From NCBI RefSeq assembly GCF_000175255.2, contig NC_017180.1:1-32000 (forward strand): a stretch of DNA of 32,000 bases, given 5' to 3'. Below, in pieces: positions 17,921-25,786 of this stretch. How positions within the stretch are numbered: the stretch's first letter is position 1; each line of letters starts with the position of its first letter. The position numbers and the translations under genes were made by a program. This DNA is from Zymomonas mobilis subsp. mobilis ATCC 10988 (GTDB taxonomy: Bacteria > Pseudomonadota > Alphaproteobacteria > Sphingomonadales > Sphingomonadaceae). The notes beneath the pieces were generated by a model. That model saw nothing but the letters and a program-made list of their open reading frames with translations, did no database searches and had not been told where the DNA came from.

Positions 17921-19504
17921 ATGACCGCCTCTTCTTCATCATCTCATTTCGTGGCGTCATCTCCTATGTCTCCTTCACTTAATGCCGACTTGTCCTCTTC
18001 TGACTCTGCCTCTTCTGCGACCCTGTCGGACGCCTCTGTTCTTTCTTCAGAGCCTGTCTCTGTATCTTTTGAACAAATGACGCCCACAACCAGTCCTTTT
18101 ATCGACAGGCTAGGCCGTTTCAAGCGCGGCACCTATCGAATAATGTTGATAGAAACCGGCATGCCATATGACAGCGCAAAGATCATGGCGGATCAGGCCG
18201 CAGAACAGCATAAAATAGACCGCATATTCTCTAAATCAATGCCACTGGCCAATAGCGTCGCCCCCGAAATTCCGGCCTCAAATACCAATCTTGAGGTTAC
18301 GGCCCCCGCATCAGAAGCGTTCGACGAAATCGAATATTTTGATCAGATGGTGTCTAGCGGGTGTGATCCTGAAACCGCTGCCGATATCGCCCGTAAAACG
18401 GCTGAGACCAGACGCAAAGACCCTCTCGAACGAGCCACCCGCTATAAAATCCGCCGTCGGACTCCTGATCCTGTGCATCGGGACTCTTATGAGGTTGGCG
18501 AGCGCGAGAAGTCGGTCTGGAAACCAGTCAATCCGCAAGAGATCGGTGCCTATCTGGAAGCGGTCGATCAATATTCGATCAAAACCAAGGGCTTAAGCGA
18601 TAAGGCCGTTCGTCTTCTAAAGATGCTGTTTCGGATGGTCGACTTTAAAACTGGCCGTCTGGAACCGACCCTTGATACTATTTGCGATAGTGTCGGCTAC
18701 GCCCGTGCGACGGTCGTCAAATTACTACGACAGCTACAGGATTTAGGCTTCATCCGCTGGATACGCCGGTCAATCAAGATCAAGGCGGACGGCAAAGGTC
18801 CCCGCCGCAAGCAGACCAGTAACGCCTACGGCTTCTTGTCTCCCAAGGCTTGGCCAGAGTTGGCCAGACAGGTTTTCGAGCGCGTCATGCGCCGGAGAAA
18901 TGCGCCTATTCCTGACGATATTGACCACGCCCAAGAGGCGGACAAAGCCGAAACCAAAGCCATAATCGAAAATCTTCCCCCTGTTGAATTCATGAAAGAA
19001 ATATCGGGGGCAAAAGCGCCTAATGCGCTCACAGATTCATTGATAGAGCTTGCGAAATCTATCGAGCGGGCAGACCAACGGGAACAAGAAGAACCGGCTA
19101 AGAAGGCTGCACAGGCCGATCAGGATGAGGTTAAAACATCTTCCCAAATACCTAAGGAGGATACCTCAAAAAAGCCCCAAATCTCGGACAATCAACGCGA
19201 GTTCAATTCTTATACTCTATCCTGTTATAGTTATTTATATAATAACGACGATCACAAATTTGAAACGACAGAAGAGAATATGGACTGTCTCGCTCCTGCT
19301 AACGCAGGCTCGACAGGCGTTGTTTTAGACACGAAACCTGAACCTGACCGCTTCACAAAAGAACTTCATACCCTGAACCTCCGGCATGATCAGGTAGCTG
19401 CTATCCTTCAACACAGGAACAAGCGGAAAGAACAGCGCATGATGCCCCTCTCACCAAAAGATATCGCCGACCTCCTCGTTAAAACCGGACAGATGCGCCC
19501 ATGA
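17921..19504 (+). CDS. Plasmid replication initiator candidate (winged-helix Rep)
   Basis: The ATG at 17921 follows the terminator. A Ser-rich low-complexity N-terminus is followed by a central wHTH-like segment 'LDTICDSVGYARATVVKLLRQLQDLGFIRWIRRS', as in alphaproteobacterial plasmid Rep proteins. The C-terminal half is acidic and disordered. Confidence 0.55.
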   Translation: MTASSSSSHFVASSPMSPSLNADLSSSDSASSATLSDASVLSSEPVSVSFEQMTPTTSPFIDRLGRFKRGTYRIMLIETGMPYDSAKIMADQAAEQHKIDRIFSKSMPLANSVAPEIPASNTNLEVTAPASEAFDEIEYFDQMVSSGCDPETAADIARKTAETRRKDPLERATRYKIRRRTPDPVHRDSYEVGEREKSVWKPVNPQEIGAYLEAVDQYSIKTKGLSDKAVRLLKMLFRMVDFKTGRLEPTLDTICDSVGYARATVVKLLRQLQDLGFIRWIRRSIKIKADGKGPRRKQTSNAYGFLSPKAWPELARQVFERVMRRRNAPIPDDIDHAQEADKAETKAIIENLPPVEFMKEISGAKAPNALTDSLIELAKSIERADQREQEEPAKKAAQADQDEVKTSSQIPKEDTSKKPQISDNQREFNSYTLSCYSYLYNNDDHKFETTEENMDCLAPANAGSTGVVLDTKPEPDRFTKELHTLNLRHDQVAAILQHRNKRKEQRMMPLSPKDIADLLVKTGQMRP

Positions 19505-19645
19505 CCCTGTCAGCTGTCATTCTGACAGATCACCGTCTGTTTATCCCTCCGGTGCTGTTCGCTTCGCTCACAGGCGCGGCGAGGAAGGAATTAGAGTTTT
19601 CGGGAGGCTATCAAATTTCTAACAATTCGCATTATCGAAATGTGC

Positions 19646-20320
19646 TTAAATTGGCTTATTCTCTAATAACGTTTCGACATGGCTTTTGCTGTTATCCAGC
19701 ATCCAATCTGCTGTTGGTCTTGAGCGATATTCAATCAAACGAACAATTCTATCCCAATCAGCTTGCAAATCTCTTTCAAATATCGGCTCGTGATGGGCTA
19801 TGCGATTACGCAGCATCCGAATTTCACCCAGATCACTATAAAGGCTCTGTCTATGGTCTTTAATATCTTGCGTCTGGTCAAGGTTGGGGAATACTTTTAA
19901 CAAATATGAACGCCAAAGCCTTTTATCATGGCGCTTCGTGAACATAGCCTGCCAGAATACAAAGTTCAGTTCTGGTATTACCTTTCCAGTCGTTTCCGCC
20001 TTCCAACAAGCTTTGTTTACATCCGTCAATGCGCTGTATCCTGATTTTATAACCGGAAGGCTTCGTAGGAAGCCTTCTGACCATGGCCAGCGATCTCCAT
20101 AAGTATAGGATAGCGCTTCTGCTACAGCATTTCGGATAGCTATTTCTGTTATATGAAGGGGCGCTAGCAATGCGCCGGATAGCTGTGCATTCCATACATA
20201 TAAATCCAAGGCGACAAGATCATCTTTTCCTAATGCCCTAACCTTGTCTTCATATCTTCCAAGTCGGGGAGCCGATAAGGTCTTTCTAATAGAGATAATC
20301 TTATCTTGAATTGACAGCAT
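19646..20320 (-). CDS. Abi_2-family (AbiD/AbiF-like) abortive infection protein
   Basis: 'LSAPRLGRYE', 'LDLYVWNAQLSGALLAPLHITEIAIRNAV' and 'MLRNRIAHHEPIF' are the characteristic Abi_2 motifs. Confidence 0.8.
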   Translation of the reverse strand: MLSIQDKIISIRKTLSAPRLGRYEDKVRALGKDDLVALDLYVWNAQLSGALLAPLHITEIAIRNAVAEALSYTYGDRWPWSEGFLRSLPVIKSGYSALTDVNKACWKAETTGKVIPELNFVFWQAMFTKRHDKRLWRSYLLKVFPNLDQTQDIKDHRQSLYSDLGEIRMLRNRIAHHEPIFERDLQADWDRIVRLIEYRSRPTADWMLDNSKSHVETLLENKPI

Positions 20321-20400
20321 GGCTACCCATTTATATAATCAACCACATATTCGCCTCGGGTCTTTGTTGGCTTATGCCTCCCCCTGAGGACAAAAGATAC

Positions 20401-20434
20401 AAAAAAGACCTCGCTTAAGGCGGGGTCTTTTTTT
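20401..20434. terminator. Bidirectional rho-independent terminator
   Basis: An A6 tract, then the stem 'agacctcgc / gcggggtct' (9 bp with one G-U pair) and a T7 tract. Positioned downstream of the minus-strand antitoxin gene. Confidence 0.7.
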
Positions 20435-20607
20435 ATCCGTTTCCCTGTATTTTAAAAGCCTTTGCTAACCTAATGGAAAACATCATCATACGATGAATTC
20501 ATACTTCATCCTTTCCGTTAAAGTTTTCCGCCTATTTTCCCTCGATAATTCCGGCCTAAATTAGACCCGTGCTATCTCTGGCCGGAAAACACCTGTTACT
20601 CGGCAGC

Positions 20608-20889
20608 TTAAGCTGCGACTGCTTCAGCAACCATCTCGGGATGAAGACTAATCACCTTCACGTAAGCAATAGCGTAATCCGGTGCCGTGCTGCGGGTCTG
20701 TTCCCAGTCACGCAACGTGCCTACAGATATTTTGAAGCGTGAAGCAAAATCTTTCTGAGATAATCCCAAAGCCGAGCGCGCTTTTCTGATTAACCGAGCG
20801 CGCTGCCCCCGTTCCATGGCTTCCTTGGTTACGTTGAAATCTTCCTCATCCGCAGGGTCAGCAGGAAGAATGATACGCTCTTTCTTCAC
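20608..20889 (-). CDS. XRE/HTH-type antitoxin (partner of the decayed DUF497/BrnT toxin)
   Basis: 93 aa with a GTG start. 'ARSALGLSQKDFASRFKISVGTLRDWEQTRSTAPDYAIAYVKVI' is an HTH. Lies directly downstream of the BrnT-like remnant. Confidence 0.75.
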   Translation of the reverse strand: MKKERIILPADPADEEDFNVTKEAMERGQRARLIRKARSALGLSQKDFASRFKISVGTLRDWEQTRSTAPDYAIAYVKVISLHPEMVAEAVAA

Positions 20890-21047
20890 CTTTATTGCTC
20901 CTTCTTACCGATATGAATCGAGGCAAATCATTGCGCTAAACAAAAACGGCAGTGAAAAGTTTCAAGCCAACAATGCCAATCACTAAAGGCTAACGAAAGC
21001 CCATGCTTCTCTAAATTCTTAGCATCTTTGGCAGGGTCGAATCTCAT
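20858..21047 (-). pseudogene. Decayed BrnT (DUF497) toxin gene
   Basis: The minus strand reads 'MRFDPAKDAKNLEKHGLSLAF...', a DUF497 N-terminal pattern, then stops after 39 aa at 20928. A second frame reads '...NDLPRFISVRRSNKGEERAY', the DUF497 C-terminal 'IRIISARKA..ER' pattern. The middle of the gene is missing. Confidence 0.6.
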
Positions 21048-21576
21048 TTATGCCTTATACGGAAATCCCGTATATAAATAAAGCCTAAAATTTTGTCGCT
21101 GTGATTGAGCATAGTGAAACAAAATTGAACCTGAAAAAGGATGGATTTTTAACCAAGGTAGAAAAGGTAAATAAAGCCGTTCCTCCTCAGTTCTATCGCA
21201 AAAAGAAAGGCAACCAACCCTAAGATTAACCGTCTTTCGTGCGTTTATGAGACTTTTATTTATTAGATCAGGGCGCGATGCAGATAAAGATTTTTACCAT
21301 CAATCTTCATCTGCTGCTTTGCGGCTAAGACAAGCGCCCCGATGATTTTTATGAGACGCTCACAAAATTTGCCGCCTGCCTGAAAGTAGCCCTGCAATCC
21401 GTAGCATTTTTTGAAGACACCAGCTTTACCGAAAAAGACCGCGCCACCTATAAGGAAACACTGAAGCAAATGACCAGCCTGCGCCAGCTGGCACATGATC
21501 TTCAAGACGGAACTCGTAGAACAATGCCTCCTGTATTTTCGTTCGATCATCCATCATTTGCAGATTCCTCCTGCGA

Positions 21577-21599
21577 AGAGTGAATCAGTGCTTCACTCT
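21577..21599 (+). other. Perfect 8-bp-stem hairpin
   Basis: 'agagtgaa-tcagtgc-ttcactct' overlaps the stop of a plus-strand reading frame (TGA 21581-21583). No T-tract follows. Confidence 0.35.
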
Positions 21600-22017
21600 C
21601 AAAGTAAGCGCGACTTTTTCAACACTATCGAAGGAAAGCGGAACGTCTGATTTCAGATTACAGAAAAAAGGAAGTGGACATGAACAGAAGCGACTGACAG
21701 GGGGAATCAATTAAAAGCTTTAGTCAACATTCAGACGACGTCCATAGACAACATCTAAAATTCACCCGCGACACCGATCCACGGCATCTAGAGCATATAT
21801 ATTATGCCAGTTTATACCCTACTGCAGTGAAGGAATTGACACATTCGTCAAAAATAACAACATTCGAGACTGATAATGTCAATAAGTTTTTGCGTAATCC
21901 GCCATTATTTATAGTACAGTGAGATATATTTAGCTCATAAATATTTATTTTTAGCTTGAATTAGAAAAATATATTATTGTACAATCAAATGTATTTTTAT
22001 AAAATTTTATCTATAAA

Positions 22018-22974
22018 TTATCTATTCAAACGCGCTGTCAGAATTGCCTTTGTCCGCTCGTCACAGAAGGCCGCCTCGATGGCGTTTTTGTTAATTATAT
22101 AGTCCGAGAGGCATGACCCAACGGTCCGCGCAAGGGCGTATTCTTGCAACAGGTCGGTATCAAAGAAACTCGGATCATCAGTGCCAAGCGTGATGACACA
22201 TCCGGAATTGGCCAGCCTGCCGATCGGATGAGCGGTTATTGTTGGGTAAAGACCTAGGGCCACGTTACTACTAAGGCAGACCTCGAGTGGAATTCGGGAC
22301 GATGCAATCTGCCGCATCACATTTGGCGATTCGACTGCACGTACTCCATGCCCAACCCTGTCAAGGTTGAGGATTTCAATTGCCTCAATAACCGTCTCGG
22401 CAGGACAGTGCTCGCCGGCGTGTGCTGTTGCCTTGAGGCCTTCCCCTCGAGCAATACTGAATGCCTCGGCAAAATCGCCAACGGAATACTGATTTTCGTC
22501 ACCGGTCAGACCAAAACCGACCAATATGTTCGACCGTATGGATGTCGCCATGCGAGCAGCCTCTATGGCGGCTAGTGGGCCGAGGTGACGGACTGCAGTG
22601 GCGATGAGACAGGAATGCACACCCCACTCCTGACGTGCCCGATCAGCAGCGGCCTGTAGTGCTCTCAGTTGATCAAAAAACGGAACGCCCGTGCGGGCGA
22701 GATCGGGAGGTGACAGCATGAATTCCACATAAGAACCACCCAACAAAGAGCATCGCTGGAGATATGATGTGGCGACTTGCTCAAGGTCGTTCGCAGACTT
22801 CACTACGGATGTGATCAGATCGTAGGATTTCAAAAAGGAAGGGAAATCATGCCACCCGTAGCGCGCAGCCGAGATTACAGAGGAGGGGATTGAAACGTTA
22901 TTGCGTTTAGCAAGTAAAATTACTGTATCGCGGAGCAAGGTCCCCCGAAGGTGAACATGAAGGTCGACTAACAT
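22018..22974 (-). CDS. Adenosine/adenine deaminase-family metallohydrolase
   Basis: 318 aa. All signature motifs are present: 'VDLHVHLRG' (HxH), 'ATAHAGEH', 'RVGHGV' and 'ITLGTDDPSFF'. GC-richer than the flanks. Confidence 0.85.
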   Translation of the reverse strand: MLVDLHVHLRGTLLRDTVILLAKRNNVSIPSSVISAARYGWHDFPSFLKSYDLITSVVKSANDLEQVATSYLQRCSLLGGSYVEFMLSPPDLARTGVPFFDQLRALQAAADRARQEWGVHSCLIATAVRHLGPLAAIEAARMATSIRSNILVGFGLTGDENQYSVGDFAEAFSIARGEGLKATAHAGEHCPAETVIEAIEILNLDRVGHGVRAVESPNVMRQIASSRIPLEVCLSSNVALGLYPTITAHPIGRLANSGCVITLGTDDPSFFDTDLLQEYALARTVGSCLSDYIINKNAIEAAFCDERTKAILTARLNR

Positions 22975-23017
22975 AGCGACCGTTGATACAGATTAGACTA
23001 GGAGCGTGGAAGTCTAA

Positions 23018-23575
23018 ATGCGTATTAGATTCTTATCAAAGAACAAACATAAGATCGCGGAAGCTGAGAAAATACTCAATCCTCTGCATGTCGAGGTTGT
23101 TCCTATCACGGTACAGATCGATGAACTTCAGACCATTGATGTCAAGGCGATCATCCGAAACAAAGTGCTACGCGCTTTCGATAGAATTGGCCATCGACTA
23201 ATTGTGGAACAGACTTGTCTCTACTTGGACGCCCTGAACGGCTTTCCTGGGGGCCTTACTCAGCCGTTTTGGGATACACTTGAAGCAGAGCGCTTCTGCG
23301 AGTTGTTCGGTCGTGGGGAAATGCGAGGCGTTACCGCGAAAACGTGGATCGGCTACTGCGACGGTCGGCAAATTTACAAATTCGAAGGGGAGATCCGCGG
23401 CAGCGTCTCTTCTGAACCGCGTGGCGATCGTGCCTTCCAATGGGACTGCGTTTTCATTCCAGATGGTCATCAGGAAACATTTGCTCAGATGGGCGAGAGG
23501 AAAAACGAGATATCGATGCGGCGCAGCGCGCTGAATGCCTTTGCGCAACACTTGCGGGAGGCAGCCGATGCTTGA
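23018..23575 (+). CDS. HAM1/ITPA-family non-canonical purine NTP pyrophosphatase-like protein
   Basis: 'FLSKNKHKIAEAE', 'IVEQTCLYLDALNGFPGG' and 'FQWDCVFIPDG...KNEISMRRSA' parallel the ITPA motifs 'VEDTCL..AL.G.PG', 'FGWDP.F.P.G' and 'SHR'. The conserved positions here read VEQT and SMR. Confidence 0.8.
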   Translation: MRIRFLSKNKHKIAEAEKILNPLHVEVVPITVQIDELQTIDVKAIIRNKVLRAFDRIGHRLIVEQTCLYLDALNGFPGGLTQPFWDTLEAERFCELFGRGEMRGVTAKTWIGYCDGRQIYKFEGEIRGSVSSEPRGDRAFQWDCVFIPDGHQETFAQMGERKNEISMRRSALNAFAQHLREAADA

Positions 23576-24374
23576 CTTCCTTGCGCGCGAGATCCGCGAA
23601 CATAGGGTGATTCTTTTCGTAGGAGCAGGCCTCTCGCGACCGTTAGGGCTTCCGTCGTGGGGAAAACTCATCAAGCACATGGCACAAGAGCTTGGCTTCG
23701 ACCGCGACGTCCTTGTCGGGCCAAGTGCTGATTATCTGCAGGTCGCAGAGTTTTACAAACTGAAGAAGGGAAACATCGGCGAATTGCGAAGTTGGATGGA
23801 CAGGAGTTGGAATGTGTCCGACGATAAGCTACTGGCATCCAAAGTGCACCAGCAGATTGTCGATCTCAAATTTCCCCTCGTTTACACAACGAATTACGAT
23901 AACAATCTTGAGCGAGCATTTGAGCTGCACGGAGTACAGGTCTCGAAAATTGCGTCAGTCATAGACATCGCCAATGCGAAGCCAGGCCATACTCACGTCA
24001 TTAAGTTCCATGGAGACTTCGCCGACGACAACTCGCTGGTCCTTACCGAGACGGACTACTTCGAGAGGCTAGAATTAAAATCGCCGCTCGACCTGAAGCT
24101 GCGGTCGGATGTTCTGGGACGCACGATCTTGTTTGTTGGGTACAGCCTGAAGGACCTAAATCTGCGTCTCCTTTTCTACAAACTGAAGCGAACCTGGGAT
24201 GGCACTCCCTATGCAAAGAAGCGTCCGCGGTCGTTTATTTTCCTTATCCGGCCCGACGTCGTTCAGGAGACGGTAATGGAAAGCCGCGGGGTCTCCCCCA
24301 TCGTTTCAGATTCTCTTGATCCCGAAGATGCGTTGCCGGCGTTCTTCGAGCGTTTACTAGAATGGACCGGATAG
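23568..24374 (+). CDS. SIR2_2-like (defence-type sirtuin) domain protein
   Basis: 'ILFVGAGLSRPLGLPSW', 'VYTTNYDNNLE', 'IKFHGDF' and 'ILFVGYSLKDLNLR' are present. The preferred ATG at 23568 overlaps the HAM1-like stop by 8 nt. The longest ORF starts at 23535. Confidence 0.8.
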   Translation: MLDFLAREIREHRVILFVGAGLSRPLGLPSWGKLIKHMAQELGFDRDVLVGPSADYLQVAEFYKLKKGNIGELRSWMDRSWNVSDDKLLASKVHQQIVDLKFPLVYTTNYDNNLERAFELHGVQVSKIASVIDIANAKPGHTHVIKFHGDFADDNSLVLTETDYFERLELKSPLDLKLRSDVLGRTILFVGYSLKDLNLRLLFYKLKRTWDGTPYAKKRPRSFIFLIRPDVVQETVMESRGVSPIVSDSLDPEDALPAFFERLLEWTG

Positions 24375-24513
24375 ACGGCAGGTTTAGACAGTTTCTTCAC
24401 GAAAGCTGGCGGTCTGAAAATGTTCTGACTTGACCGTGAGCAGCGCACCGTAACGAGGTCCGGTTTCGAGAAGGTACACGGCCAAATTAAACGGTTGCCA
24501 TGGAGGCGATTGC

Positions 24514-24548
24514 TGCCTGTCTATTTCATGTTTTCGAACAGACAGGCA
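24514..24548. terminator. 9-bp perfect inverted repeat between convergent genes
   Basis: 'tgcctgtct' (24514-24522) pairs with 'agacaggca' (24540-24548) around a 17-nt loop. No T-tract follows. Confidence 0.3.
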
Positions 24549-24639
24549 ACTAAGAGGGCGGATAGGTAGATTTCCAGTTATGAGATCAGAAATTTGACAA
24601 TGGAATTGATGAAAGAAAGTTCGTCTTATGGTCATTATT

Positions 24640-25575
24640 TTAAGAAATTGATTTAGGTAAATCGACCTTCTGCTGATTGGTAATGCCAAATGGGATGTGA
24701 ACTGAGGGTGCTACAGCGCTGGCTGACCGTAGATGACCAGACTGATCATCGAAGAAAATATGCGGCTTAAGTACAGATAAAATTTTTCCTTTTTCGACCC
24801 CACCAAGAAAAAAGGCATCATTTGCCATAACATTCCAGCTCTTTAGAGTGCGGAGTGCTCGCTCGTGATAAGGAGCATTGCGTGCTGTAACTATCGATAT
24901 CCTAAGCCTATTTTTATAATCAGGATGATTACTTTTATGTTCTTCTTCTATTTTTTGTATTTACGACATTTCTACTAGAAATTTTTGGAGAGGTCCTGGG
25001 TTATGTGGCTGCATAACATTTCGCGTTTCGTGTTCATGAAATCTATCTAAACCCGATGATTGCATCACGGCCTCAGATTCATCCCCGGCAAGCACTCCAT
25101 CAAAATCAAATGCGATTCTTAGAGTATTACCTTTTTCGTCGTCTTGAAATGTGGAGTCGAGTACCTGACCGGCTGGATGTCCCAAATGGATTGCGGCGTC
25201 GACGTCTGGCTTATGAGCAGATAAAAATAAAGCAATATTAAAAGCTGGTATGTATTCATATGGGGATTTCCCCTGCATGAAAATTGCGCGGGTGATATCA
25301 AGACCATAATGGGATATCGTATCCATAACCCTCAAACCTGTGTCGGGGTCATTTCTTGATAGCAGCACTACTTCCACAAGCGGGTCTGCCTTATCAGGAC
25401 TGAGATCATTTAATGATAACAGGCGCTTTACAAACGGAAAGGCGATACCCGTTGGAAGAGGGTTATGTAAATTTTCCTCTTGGTACTTTCTATATTTTTC
25501 CTCTCCGTCTTGTCTAAAAATGCTGTCTGAAACACTGAGATCAAAAACCGCGCTGGATGCGACACCAACCACCAA
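24640..25575 (-). pseudogene. 5'-nucleotidase-family gene interrupted by one in-frame TAA
   Basis: ORFs 24961-25575 and 24640-24828 are in the same frame. The segment between them reads through as 'IQKIEEEHKSNHPDYKNRLRISIVTARNAPYHERALRTLKSWNV'. The only break is the TAA at 24961-24963. 'VTARNAPYHERA...FFLGG..K...L....PHIFFDDQ' is typical of this family. Confidence 0.7.
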
Positions 25576-25786
25576 TCTTTTTTAAATCGTACGCCATTAT
25601 ATACGTCTCAGTCTATTTTAGAGAATGCGCCACTATTGAATTGAAAAGTGCAAAATATTTTGTAAAATCACATTTACGAAATAAGATGATCTGATATTTC
25701 TCAATCAAAAAAAGTATCCTGCAAGCCTACTTCATCTATATGAAATTTCTCTGCGTAATTAGTATTGCACTTTACCTACCCGACTA

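Noticed and set aside
19501-19863. 120-aa plus-strand ORF coupled (ATGA) to the rep stop
   Set aside because: More than half of it is antisense to the well-supported Abi_2 gene. Its composition is not protein-like. The region just after rep contains an inverted repeat (ctgtcag...ctgacag) that is more consistent with a 3' end.
22018-22974. Canonical RADAR (RdrA/RdrB) assignment for the deaminase
   Set aside because: The deaminase is only 318 aa, the size of housekeeping Add and not of the much larger RdrB. No RdrA-type ATPase is adjacent. It is reported instead as part of a possibly novel block.
23198-23680. ORFs 23198-23680(-), 23280-23534(+), 22317-22502(-) and 22348-22575(+) inside the GC-rich block
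   Set aside because: These are shadow ORFs within the deaminase and HAM1-like genes, in the GC-rich block where stop codons are scarce in other frames.
23568-24374. Canonical Thoeris, SIR2-HerA, pAgo-SIR2 or DSR assignment for the SIR2 gene
   Set aside because: There is no TIR (ThsB), HerA or Argonaute gene nearby. The protein is a bare ~270-aa SIR2_2 domain without SLOG or the long DSR extensions.
24384-24689. 101-aa minus-strand ORF between the SIR2 and 5'-nucleotidase genes
   Set aside because: It overlaps the 3' end of the nucleotidase frame and spans the convergent-gene spacer with the inverted repeat. It has no motif support.
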